IMG/VR virus record: IMGVR_UViG_3300025840_000026
Length of the DNA: 64,000 nucleotides
DNA from: an uncultured virus (IMG/VR IMGVR_UViG_3300025840_000026)
Taxonomy: Duplodnaviria; Heunggongvirae; Uroviricota; Caudoviricetes
Strand: one strand, 5' to 3'
A program made the translations under genes and the position numbers. The notes below the pieces were generated by a model. The model ran no database searches and was not told where the DNA came from. It saw only the letters and a list, made by a program, of their open reading frames with translations. Shown one piece after another: positions 31,137-39,649 of the stretch (position 1 is the stretch's first letter; the number at the start of each line of letters is the position of its first letter).

Positions 31137-32204
31137 ATGGTTACTGGTAATCAGAAGGTAAAAACACCCGCAGGTTGGAATTCAACACAAGGTGCTTGGG
31201 TTAAGACACCTACAGCTTGGAAAGCAGTAGAACAAGTTTATGTAAAGACCCCTACTGGGTGGAATAATGCCTCAGGACAGGACAATGCACAACAACCGTA
31301 TCCATACATTGCAAATGCACAAACACCTTACATAGCAAATGCTCAGCAACCATATCCGTATATTGCAAATGCTCAGACACCATATATTGCAAATGCTCAG
31401 CAACCGTATCCATACATTGCAAATGCACAAACACCATATATTGCAAATGCACAACAACCGTATCCGTATATTGCAAATGCACAAACACCTTACATAGCAC
31501 AAGCAAGGCAACCTTCTACTTATCAAAATAGGTCACCATTTACCTATCAGTTGCCTTATATTGCTAATGCACAACAACCTTATATTGCACAAGCAAGGCA
31601 ACCTTCTACTTATCAGCATAGGAATCCATTTACATATAGGTTACCTTATATTGCAAATGGTCAACAACCTTATATTGCGAATGCAAGGCAACCTTCTACT
31701 TATCAAAATAGGTCACCATTTACATATAGGTTACCTGTTATTGCTAATGCACAACAACCTTATATTGCTAATGCAAGACAACCTTCTACTTATCAAAATA
31801 GGTCACCATTTACATACAGGGTTCCTTATATTGCTAATGCAAGACAACCGTTTACATACATAGCATCTTATAGGGTTCCTTATATTGCTAATGCAAGACA
31901 ACCGTTTACCTATAATGCAAGGTATCCTGCTAATGCAAGATATCCTGCAAACGGTCAAACACCGTTTACATATAACGCAAGGTATCCTGCTGGTTATCCT
32001 GCAAACTATCAAACACCGTTTACATATAACGCAAGGTATCCTGCTGGTTATCCTGCAAACTATCAAACACCGTTTACATATAACGCAAGGACGCCAGGAA
32101 CGTATCCGTATATAGCAAACTATTCTTACAGGTCACCTCGTTCATATTTCTATCCAGTTGGTGGCGGAACACCACCACCACTACCTGAAGGATTCGGTAA
32201 ATAG
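31137..32204 (+). CDS. Pro/Tyr/Gln/Arg repeat protein A2
   Basis: N-terminus has 3 x VKTPxxW; aa 52-331 are 34 xxP-led units; ends GGGTPPPLPEGFGK (51+280+24 = 355 aa). Confidence 0.8.
   Translation: MVTGNQKVKTPAGWNSTQGAWVKTPTAWKAVEQVYVKTPTGWNNASGQDNAQQPYPYIANAQTPYIANAQQPYPYIANAQTPYIANAQQPYPYIANAQTPYIANAQQPYPYIANAQTPYIAQARQPSTYQNRSPFTYQLPYIANAQQPYIAQARQPSTYQHRNPFTYRLPYIANGQQPYIANARQPSTYQNRSPFTYRLPVIANAQQPYIANARQPSTYQNRSPFTYRVPYIANARQPFTYIASYRVPYIANARQPFTYNARYPANARYPANGQTPFTYNARYPAGYPANYQTPFTYNARYPAGYPANYQTPFTYNARTPGTYPYIANYSYRSPRSYFYPVGGGTPPPLPEGFGK
31290..32129 (+). repeat. Coding repeat array of A2 (34 units, 280 aa)
   Basis: Includes 4 x 54-nt tandem copies and several 90-nt tandem blocks. 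Confidence 0.9.
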
Positions 32205-32227
32205 ATGATGAATAGGAGTAATAACTA

Positions 32228-33163
32228 ATGGCAGGTCAAATTCAAGGTTTTTATCAGTTACCAGTAATTGGGTCAGCCAGTGCTACAGGTAATTATCAAG
32301 TTCCTTATATTGCAAATGCAAGGCAACCTAATACCTATATTGCATCGTATCGTGTTCCGTATATTGCTAATGCAAGGCAACCTAACACCTATATTGCATC
32401 GTATCGTGTTCCGTATATTGCAAACGCAAGGCAACCGTTTACCTATAGAGTTCCATTTACCTATCGTGTTCCATACATTGCAAATGGTCAAAACCCATTT
32501 ACATATAATAATAGATACCCAGCTGGTTACCCTGCAAACGGTCAAACACCGTTTACCTATAATGCAAGGTATCCTGCTAATGCCCAACAACCTTATATAG
32601 CAAATGCACAATCACCATTTACTTATCAAGCAAGGTCACCATTTACGTATCATCATAGGTCACCAAGGAATGCTCAACAACCTTATATAGCAAATGCACA
32701 AACACCATTTACTTATCAAGCAAGGTCACCGTTTACGTATCATAATAGGTCACCAAGAAATGCACAGCAACCAGTTATAGCAAATGCACAAACACCGTTT
32801 ACGTATCATCATAGGTCACCGTTTACGTATCATAATAGGTCACCAAGGAATGCTCAACAACCTTATATAGCAAATGCACAAACACCGTTTACCTATCAAA
32901 ATAGACAACCTTCTACTTATGCAACACAAGGTAGAACACCGTTCACGTATCAAAACAGACAACCTTCTACATATGCAACACAAGGTCAAACACCGTTTAC
33001 CTATCAAAATAGACAACCTTCTACATATGCAAGACAAGGTAGAACACCGTTTACCTATCAAAACAGACAACCTTCTACATATGCAAGACAAGGTAGAACA
33101 CCTGTTATCCGTTGGGATGGTGTATTGTCACAACAATGGCCTGCAACACCTATATCTTCCTAG
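32228..33163 (+). CDS. Pro/Tyr/Gln/Arg repeat protein B2 (mirror partner of A2)
   Basis: AGGAG RBS; aa 10-289 are 34 units (9+280+22 = 311 aa). Confidence 0.8.
   Translation: MAGQIQGFYQLPVIGSASATGNYQVPYIANARQPNTYIASYRVPYIANARQPNTYIASYRVPYIANARQPFTYRVPFTYRVPYIANGQNPFTYNNRYPAGYPANGQTPFTYNARYPANAQQPYIANAQSPFTYQARSPFTYHHRSPRNAQQPYIANAQTPFTYQARSPFTYHNRSPRNAQQPVIANAQTPFTYHHRSPFTYHNRSPRNAQQPYIANAQTPFTYQNRQPSTYATQGRTPFTYQNRQPSTYATQGQTPFTYQNRQPSTYARQGRTPFTYQNRQPSTYARQGRTPVIRWDGVLSQQWPATPISS
32255..33094 (+). repeat. Coding repeat array of B2 (34 units, 280 aa)
   Basis: Units parsed by hand from the translation. Confidence 0.9.
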
Positions 33164-33202
33164 TGACTAAATACTAGTAAGTTTAACAATTCGGTTTATA
33201 TT

Positions 33203-34777
33203 ATGGAAAAACTTACATCTCTTGATCAGGTGAAAGAAAAATTAGTTTCTACTGATTGGGATAGCCTAAAAAATTATTATCAACTTCGTTCTGAAACTCC
33301 TTATTGGATAGGTTCCATTGACCTTAAAAGTTCATACAGTGAACAGAGTAGTTATGAAGTCATAAAATATATTTGGGATGAATTAATCCCGCCCCTAAAA
33401 CTTGTAAAGTGGGGGTCTTTTTTAGAACATAGAAAGAATAAAAAAATTCAAGAACTCCAAGGTCTAAAGTGGAACTCATCTATCTATTTAAAATACATTC
33501 ATCAATGTTATTCTTCTGCACCTGAGAAGTTAGCTGCTGGTTTTTTTGGGTTTGACATTGCAGATGAGAATGACCAATCTACTACCTTTAGTAGTATTCT
33601 TGATACACCTCTGAGTGAACAATCTGAAACTAACTTAGTTTCCATGTTCTACCATGCAGCTAAAGCACATTGGATTATGGATACCGTTCAAACAGAAGGT
33701 ATGCATCACCCTATTCAATGTGTATTATTCCCACAAGACGAAAGAAAAACACACATGAATATGTTTGTTCATCCAGGCTCTGTTAGGTCTTTAGTTGTAG
33801 AAGAAATGGATGACCCTGAATTTGACTTATTGGTTTGGGATGCATACGATTTTGTTGAAGGAGAGAAGTTTACCTTTGATGGTATTTTAGACTATTGGAA
33901 GGAAAGATTAACTAAGTTTGATAAAGAACACTTTAATGTATCTTTTACATTCCAAGGTGGTATATTAGAATTTGCAACAGACTTTGCAGGTGCAGAATTT
34001 AGACAAGAGGTATATCAATACTCAAAGAAAGTAAACTCCTTGATGAAAAGAAAACCCCTCAACATCTATATTGGAGTAGATTCTACACACAATAAAATTG
34101 AGCATATAACAAAATATAGTATCGAGAAATCGATTGAAAAATCTTTTTCTAGTGGTTTTGATACACAACTTGCAAGATTCAATCCTGAGATTAAATACTT
34201 AGATATTGCAAACATTCCTGAATATACTAGGTCTTATGCAAATCAAAACACAGAGTTTACCTATAGTAGATTTTTGATTCCTTATCTAGAAAATTATGAA
34301 GGATTCAGTATGTTCTTAGACGATGATTTCTTTTTTGTTGAAACACCACTTCGTATGTTCTATTATATGAGACCCGATGATGCAGTTGCATGTATCCAGT
34401 ATCGTCAATATGAACATGTAAAAACTAAATTTAATGGTGCAGTTAACATTGATTATCCGTGTAAACTTTGGTCTAGTATGATGTTCTTTAATAATGGTCA
34501 TGAAGATTGTAAGAAGTTAACACCTGAGGTAGTTAACACGTGGACTGGGAAACAACTACACCAATTTGAATGGACAGATAAAATAAGTAAGATTCCTGAG
34601 AAATATATATTTACAGAAGGATATGATGACCCTGTAGAAAAGTGGCACTATACGGGTATTCACTACACTAGAGGTGGCCCATGGATTGATAACATGGACA
34701 CTTCAATCATAGACAACTTAGATGTCTATGAAAAAATTAAAAATTCCTACTTTACAAATAAAAGTAATGTGGTATAA
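33203..34777 (+). CDS. Two-domain protein: unknown N-terminal domain plus GT-A glycosyltransferase
   Basis: C-terminal half: IYIGVDS; TEFTYSRFLIPYL; MFLDDDF (DxD); KLWSSMMFFN; LHQFEW; HYTRGGPW. Confidence 0.75.
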   Translation: MEKLTSLDQVKEKLVSTDWDSLKNYYQLRSETPYWIGSIDLKSSYSEQSSYEVIKYIWDELIPPLKLVKWGSFLEHRKNKKIQELQGLKWNSSIYLKYIHQCYSSAPEKLAAGFFGFDIADENDQSTTFSSILDTPLSEQSETNLVSMFYHAAKAHWIMDTVQTEGMHHPIQCVLFPQDERKTHMNMFVHPGSVRSLVVEEMDDPEFDLLVWDAYDFVEGEKFTFDGILDYWKERLTKFDKEHFNVSFTFQGGILEFATDFAGAEFRQEVYQYSKKVNSLMKRKPLNIYIGVDSTHNKIEHITKYSIEKSIEKSFSSGFDTQLARFNPEIKYLDIANIPEYTRSYANQNTEFTYSRFLIPYLENYEGFSMFLDDDFFFVETPLRMFYYMRPDDAVACIQYRQYEHVKTKFNGAVNIDYPCKLWSSMMFFNNGHEDCKKLTPEVVNTWTGKQLHQFEWTDKISKIPEKYIFTEGYDDPVEKWHYTGIHYTRGGPWIDNMDTSIIDNLDVYEKIKNSYFTNKSNVV

Positions 34778-34778
34778 T
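34751..34778 (+). promoter_or_regulatory. Putative sigma70-type promoter (TTTACA-N16-TATAAT, with extended -10 TG)
   Basis: TTTACA at 34751-34756 and TGGTATAAT at 34770-34778. Confidence 0.5.
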
Positions 34779-34798
34779 AATAAAAGAGGTATAACTTT

Positions 34799-35362
34799 AT
34801 GATGAATGCACTAATTTACGATGAAAAATCAAATCTTTTTGTAAGAAAACCAAATGGTTTACAATACGATTTTAATAATGTTGACAGACCAGCTTTAGGA
34901 TTTAACTTTGATGTTTTGGTATATGATGATATCCAAGTTAAGATTGAAAACTGGGATGATAGCAAACCTTTTCATGAACAAGAACAAGTTCAATTGACTG
35001 ATGCAGAAAAGGACATGGTTGAGATTTATATTGAAAACTCTGAACCACCCATAGGTCATACATTAAATGGTCAATACATGAATATTTTACGAGATAAGTT
35101 TGATGAACTTTCAAATGAAGCTGTAGGTATTGTTGGGTTTAATTGTCCTGTTGATGCAATGATTGCTGGAAGAGAAGGTTCTAATCATCCTCATAGGTCA
35201 AATGCAAGAAGATATTTGGAATGGTATGATTCAACTGCTAATGTAGTTTTAGATGTATCTAGAATTATAGATTCAACAAGAGAAGACCATTTAGAAGACA
35301 TTAATTCTTATTTAAACCAAATTCCTAGATTTGCACCTGCCCCTGAACAACCAAGGGACTAA
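34799..35362 (+). CDS. Hypothetical protein, possibly tail-fibre-assembly chaperone-like
   Basis: GFNCPVDAMIAGREGSNHPHRSNARRYLEWYD loosely resembles the C-termini of fibre-assembly proteins; weak call. Confidence 0.4.
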   Translation: MMNALIYDEKSNLFVRKPNGLQYDFNNVDRPALGFNFDVLVYDDIQVKIENWDDSKPFHEQEQVQLTDAEKDMVEIYIENSEPPIGHTLNGQYMNILRDKFDELSNEAVGIVGFNCPVDAMIAGREGSNHPHRSNARRYLEWYDSTANVVLDVSRIIDSTREDHLEDINSYLNQIPRFAPAPEQPRD

Positions 35363-35371
35363 AGGTGTTAA

Positions 35372-36079
35372 ATGGAAATTGTTCATTTAGATAAACCTTT
35401 TAAGATAGAATCCTGTCCTTTAGACAAAATATATGTTTTAGATAATTGGTTAGACTCAAGTCTACATCATCATTTTGATGAACAGATAAGAAATGCAACT
35501 TATTGGGGTAAAACCAATAATGTAAATGCAGATAATAAGACAGGTCTTCCACATCACTCATTGTGGGGAGCTTCATTTTTTCGTAATGACTTTACACTAG
35601 ACAGTGATGTAAATCCAATAGACACAGTTTTTACAAAATATTTAATTAGAAGATTAGAATTTGAATTTAAATTCAAGTGGGTAAGATTTCAGTATGCTGG
35701 GACAAATTCTCAGACTATGGGACAACATGGGACAACTCATGTAGATTGTCAAGATGAAGATGAATGGAATCTATCCTTTCTATATTATACTAATGTGTTT
35801 TGGAATCCACAATGGGGTGGGACTTTAAGATTCTATGATTCTCCTCAACAAGGATTAGATGGAAGAGACGACCACATTAAAAATCATCAGATTGCAGAAG
35901 TGGAGTTCAAACCAAACAGATTATTAATGTTTGATGGTAGAATACCACACGGTGCAGATGCACCAACAGAAAAAGCAAAATATATGGATAGAAGGTCACT
36001 TGTAATAAGAGGTGATGAAATTAGATTAACAGATACAAAAGAGTTTTTTGATGCCAACGATAGAATTTACCGCATATAG
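35372..36079 (+). CDS. 2OG-Fe(II) oxygenase (prolyl-hydroxylase-like)
   Basis: HVD...WNPQWGGTLRF...KPNRLLMFDGRIPHG...RRSLV: HxD/H/R signature. Confidence 0.8.
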   Translation: MEIVHLDKPFKIESCPLDKIYVLDNWLDSSLHHHFDEQIRNATYWGKTNNVNADNKTGLPHHSLWGASFFRNDFTLDSDVNPIDTVFTKYLIRRLEFEFKFKWVRFQYAGTNSQTMGQHGTTHVDCQDEDEWNLSFLYYTNVFWNPQWGGTLRFYDSPQQGLDGRDDHIKNHQIAEVEFKPNRLLMFDGRIPHGADAPTEKAKYMDRRSLVIRGDEIRLTDTKEFFDANDRIYRI

Positions 36080-36968
36080 TGAAGAAACCTTAAGGAACTT
36101 TAAACCAGTTCTTGCAAAGGAAATTATTCCTGACTGGTGGAAACGAATGAGAATCATGGATTTTGCAAATGGTAGCACTAATCATTCTATTCGTTCATGT
36201 CCTGCAATGGATGATTGGTTAAAGAGTGGATGGATTATTGTTTCTACAAGAGACATGTTAGTATTGTGTGGTAATGACAGGGATGATGATGATGCAAGTT
36301 GTTTTCAAACTATAGACTTAGAACAAAAAGGTTATCAAAGTGTTGCAAGTTCACGTTCACATCCAGTTGCACAGTTTCATAATGTCTTTGAATATTTAAA
36401 AAGTGGAGAGAATCCAACCAATATTAGAGATGCATTTAAGATGAGAGCTCCATGGAATATTGTAACCCCTGAAGGTTATTCAGTATTCTACTTAGACCCT
36501 TTTCTATTTCAAAATGAACACTTTGCAGTCTGGCAGGGTATTATAGACAGTGATAAGTTTAATAAAAATATGGACAACTCACAGATTATTTTTTATCCTA
36601 AAGTTAATCATAGTTTTGTTATACCGAAAGGAACACCTATTCTACAAATTATTCCATTCAAAAGAGATGAGTGGGTTGCATCTTATCAGTTTAGAGACGT
36701 AGATGATTATCAAAAGAATTTATCTTTTCACTCTGCATCTTATGGAAACAAAGAACGTGATGAAAGTAAAATGACAATGGAAGAAGCTAATAGACTTCAT
36801 CCTGAGTTTCAGTCTGATAAATACAGAGCAGGGGCATATCGTTCTCTAGGATACTGGAAACCAAAGGGTAAATTTTTCAAAGAAGAATCCCCCCCACCTG
36901 AATGTCCCTTTCATAAAAAAGAAGAAAGTGTAGAGACACAATTGGAGTTCGATTTCGATGGCAGTTAG
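36048..36968 (+). CDS. Conserved hypothetical protein that often accompanies phage 2OG oxygenases
   Basis: SIRSCPAMDD; PWNIVTPEGYS; GIIDSD; IPKGTPILQIIPFKRD. Likely start MPTIEF at 36051. Confidence 0.55.
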   Translation: MMPTIEFTAYSEETLRNFKPVLAKEIIPDWWKRMRIMDFANGSTNHSIRSCPAMDDWLKSGWIIVSTRDMLVLCGNDRDDDDASCFQTIDLEQKGYQSVASSRSHPVAQFHNVFEYLKSGENPTNIRDAFKMRAPWNIVTPEGYSVFYLDPFLFQNEHFAVWQGIIDSDKFNKNMDNSQIIFYPKVNHSFVIPKGTPILQIIPFKRDEWVASYQFRDVDDYQKNLSFHSASYGNKERDESKMTMEEANRLHPEFQSDKYRAGAYRSLGYWKPKGKFFKEESPPPECPFHKKEESVETQLEFDFDGS

Positions 36969-37662
36969 ATTATTATTCCCAACAGTGGTTTTTCATAGAA
37001 ATCTTCTTTGTCCAAATTTAGAGGATAAAGGATTTAATGAAGACTATCTTCTTCTCTTAAAGAGAACTATGGATGAAATGAGAAGACAAGACCCTGAAGG
37101 TAGAAAAGTTTCTAATGCATATACTGGATGGCAATCTAATGACGGTTGTGAATCTAGTCCTGCCTTTAAAAAACTCATGAGGTGCATTACACAGACTTTT
37201 TATGATGAAGTATTTCCTTTTCATGGTCTAACAGATAGAGATTATAAAGTAGAAATTGGTAACTCATGGGCTAACATCAATGACCCTAAAGCATGGAATA
37301 AACCTCACCTACATAACGGATGTTGGTATAGTGGAGTGTTCTATATTCATGCAGAAGGTGACGAAGGTGATATAGTGTTTATCGATAAAGACCCAAAGGT
37401 AGTTTCTGATTACCCACATTCACCACGTGTAAATGAAAATTGGTCTTTTAGTCCTACTAAGGGAGAGTTGATTTTATTCCCATCTGCATTAATGCATATG
37501 GTAGAACCTAACTTCACTGATAGGGATAGATACAGTATTTCTTTCAATATAAACATGGTAAATTTACCTAGTGGGAATAGACATGGTGTGGTAGAAAACT
37601 TCAATCCTGATGAATTTGTCTATGATTTAGACCCACAAGGAAGACTCATATATCCTAAATAG
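36958..37662 (+). CDS. Putative 2OG-Fe(II) oxygenase (TIGR02466-like)
   Basis: LLFPT; GWQS; SWANIN...NKPHLH...SGVFY; GELILFPSALMHMVEPN...RYSISFN. Confidence 0.8.
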   Translation: MAVRLLFPTVVFHRNLLCPNLEDKGFNEDYLLLLKRTMDEMRRQDPEGRKVSNAYTGWQSNDGCESSPAFKKLMRCITQTFYDEVFPFHGLTDRDYKVEIGNSWANINDPKAWNKPHLHNGCWYSGVFYIHAEGDEGDIVFIDKDPKVVSDYPHSPRVNENWSFSPTKGELILFPSALMHMVEPNFTDRDRYSISFNINMVNLPSGNRHGVVENFNPDEFVYDLDPQGRLIYPK

Positions 37663-37666
37663 ATAT

Positions 37667-37927
37667 ATGGAAGTAATCATAGATGCACAATTAGTATGGA
37701 ATATTGTTCTAACTCTAATACTAGCACCTGTAGGTTTGTTAGTTCGTTCTATTCTATCTGAACAAAAAAGATTAGATATTCTTCTTAATAAAACAAGAGA
37801 AGAAATTGCTAGAGAATATATCACACGTGAAGAAGTAGCTGCTGACTTTGAAAGAATTGTGGGTATGATTCAAAGAATTGACGAGAAGTTAGACCGTTTC
37901 TCTAGAAAGACTTATTTCCAAGAGTAA
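37667..37927 (+). CDS. Small membrane-anchored coiled-coil protein
   Basis: Hydrophobic LVWNIVLTLILAPVGLLV followed by LLNKTREEIAREYIT. Confidence 0.6.
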   Translation: MEVIIDAQLVWNIVLTLILAPVGLLVRSILSEQKRLDILLNKTREEIAREYITREEVAADFERIVGMIQRIDEKLDRFSRKTYFQE

Positions 37928-37933
37928 AATTCG

Positions 37934-37941
37934 TATAAATA
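37934..37941 (+). promoter_or_regulatory. Late promoter TATAAATA upstream of gp13
   Basis: Exact consensus. Confidence 0.7.
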
Positions 37942-37974
37942 GTAGTAGACCACATTTAAAGATGGAATACTATT

Positions 37975-38790
37975 ATGGCAGAACCCAATTCAAAATCATC
38001 ACTAAAAGAGTATATTAAAAGAAAACTTGGGGCTCCTGTTCTTGAAATCAACGTGGATGATGACCAGTTTGATGATAGAATTGATGAAGCTTTACAATAT
38101 TTCCGTGAATACCACTACGATGGTTCAATTAAAGTATACTTAAAACACCAACTATCTTCTTCACAAATTACTGCAATGAGGACAGATGAAACTGTTACCG
38201 AAAATGTTGCAGGAACCCATGCATATGATGATATGCAATATAAAATGCAGAATAATTATATTGTTCTTCCTGAATTCATTCTATCTGTTATCAATATATT
38301 CCCATTTAACGATAAACACAATTTAAACATGTTTGACCTAAGATATCAACTTAGATTAAACGACCTTTACGACTTAACTGCAACTAACATCCTCTACTAT
38401 GAAATGGTTCAACAACACATTTCATTAATGGATTCTATTTTAGTTGGTAGAACTCCTATTCGTTATAACACACATCAAAATAGATTATATCTAGACATGG
38501 ATTTAAGTAGTGTCAATTCAAACGAATACCTTATCATCGAGTGTTATAGAAAGATAGACCCAACGGACATGACCGATATCTATAATGACATGTGGTTAAA
38601 AAGATATGCAACTGCATTAGTCAAGTATCAATGGGGTGAAAATCTTTCTAAATTCTCAGGTATTCAACTACCTGGCGGAGTTACATTAGATGCAGAGAGA
38701 ATAAAAACAGAATCATCAGAGGAAATCCGTAGACTAGAAGAAGAGTCAAGACTCAACTATGAAATGCCTGTGATGGATATGATGGGCTAA
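37975..38790 (+). CDS. gp13: Neck protein gp13
   Basis: LKEYIKRKLGAPVLEINVDDDQ; WLKRYATALVKYQWGENLSKF; LPGGVTL. Confidence 0.92.
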   Translation: MAEPNSKSSLKEYIKRKLGAPVLEINVDDDQFDDRIDEALQYFREYHYDGSIKVYLKHQLSSSQITAMRTDETVTENVAGTHAYDDMQYKMQNNYIVLPEFILSVINIFPFNDKHNLNMFDLRYQLRLNDLYDLTATNILYYEMVQQHISLMDSILVGRTPIRYNTHQNRLYLDMDLSSVNSNEYLIIECYRKIDPTDMTDIYNDMWLKRYATALVKYQWGENLSKFSGIQLPGGVTLDAERIKTESSEEIRRLEEESRLNYEMPVMDMMG

Positions 38791-38794
38791 CAAA

Positions 38795-39649
38795 ATGCCA
38801 ACAAACGTATTTTTCAACCATGCAGTATCAACTGAACAACATCTTTACGAAGATTTGGTTGTTGAATCGCTTCGTTTTTATGGACATGAAGTTTTTTATT
38901 TACCTAGAGAGGTTGTTGAAGAAGACAGTATCTTAGGAGAAGATGTTCAGTCTACATTTGGTGATTCATACAGTGTTGAGATGTATATTGAAAACACAGA
39001 AGGTTTTGAAGGAGAGGGTGACCTCTTCAGTAAGTTTGGTGTTCAGGTAAGAGACCAAGCAACATTCGTTTTATCACTGAGAAGTTGGGAAAGATTTATT
39101 TCGTTAGACAGTAACCTTGCAACAAGTCTAAGACCAAATGAGGGTGATCTAATATACTTCCCACTTTCAGGTTCGATATTTGAAATCAAATTTGTAGAAC
39201 ACGAGAATCCATTCTATCAAGTTGGTAAACTGTTTGTATTTAAACTTAGATGTGAATTGTTTGAATACAGTGGTGAAGACTTTGATACAGGTGTTACAAA
39301 CATTGACTTGGTTGAAGACGAACAAGCTTACACTATCGAAATGACAATGAACTCAGGTGGAAGTGGTCAATACTATGTTAATGAAAATGTGTCTCTAAAT
39401 GGAACTGTAGTTGGTGAAGTAGTATCATGGGATGAAGGGGTAAGAAAACTTACCATTAAAGATAACACTAGAACACTTGCAATCGGTGATACACTGGTTG
39501 GTGCAAACAGTGCCTCTTATACCATTGCATCAATCACAGATATACTTACATTTGCAAACGATGGTAATGCACAGAACAAAGAGTTTGAAGATAAAGCAGA
39601 CAACTACTTAGACTTCTCAGAGACTAATCCATTTGGGAGTCCTACCTAA
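38795..39649 (+). CDS. gp14: Neck protein gp14
   Basis: EQHLYEDLVVES; RPNEGDLIYFP; FEIKFVEHENPFYQVGK; DFSETNPFG. Confidence 0.92.
   Translation: MPTNVFFNHAVSTEQHLYEDLVVESLRFYGHEVFYLPREVVEEDSILGEDVQSTFGDSYSVEMYIENTEGFEGEGDLFSKFGVQVRDQATFVLSLRSWERFISLDSNLATSLRPNEGDLIYFPLSGSIFEIKFVEHENPFYQVGKLFVFKLRCELFEYSGEDFDTGVTNIDLVEDEQAYTIEMTMNSGGSGQYYVNENVSLNGTVVGEVVSWDEGVRKLTIKDNTRTLAIGDTLVGANSASYTIASITDILTFANDGNAQNKEFEDKADNYLDFSETNPFGSPT

Noticed and set aside
31290..33094. Tandem DNA repeats as a CRISPR array or DGR template/variable repeats
   Set aside because: Repeats are in-frame coding units with synonymous variation and no unique spacers. No cas or reverse transcriptase gene is in the window, and I saw no adenine-specific mismatch pattern.
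31137..33163. A/B mirror symmetry caused by a DNA inverted repeat
   Set aside because: The reverse strand of each array translates to Cys/Ile-rich text (CICNIRLL...), not the partner sequence. Both genes use the same-strand unit vocabulary.
21048..33163. Repeat proteins as multi-core RiPP precursors
   Set aside because: No leader or protease-site pattern, and no peptidase or transporter nearby. Fibre-type terminal motifs and exact inter-chain register fit a structural role better. Not fully excluded given the nearby enzymes.
21195..33170. Alternative-frame and minus-strand ORFs over the repeat arrays (e.g. 21195-21644, 31272-31526, 32273-32611, 31561-31863)
   Set aside because: Shadows of stop-poor repeats, without RBS or promoter support.
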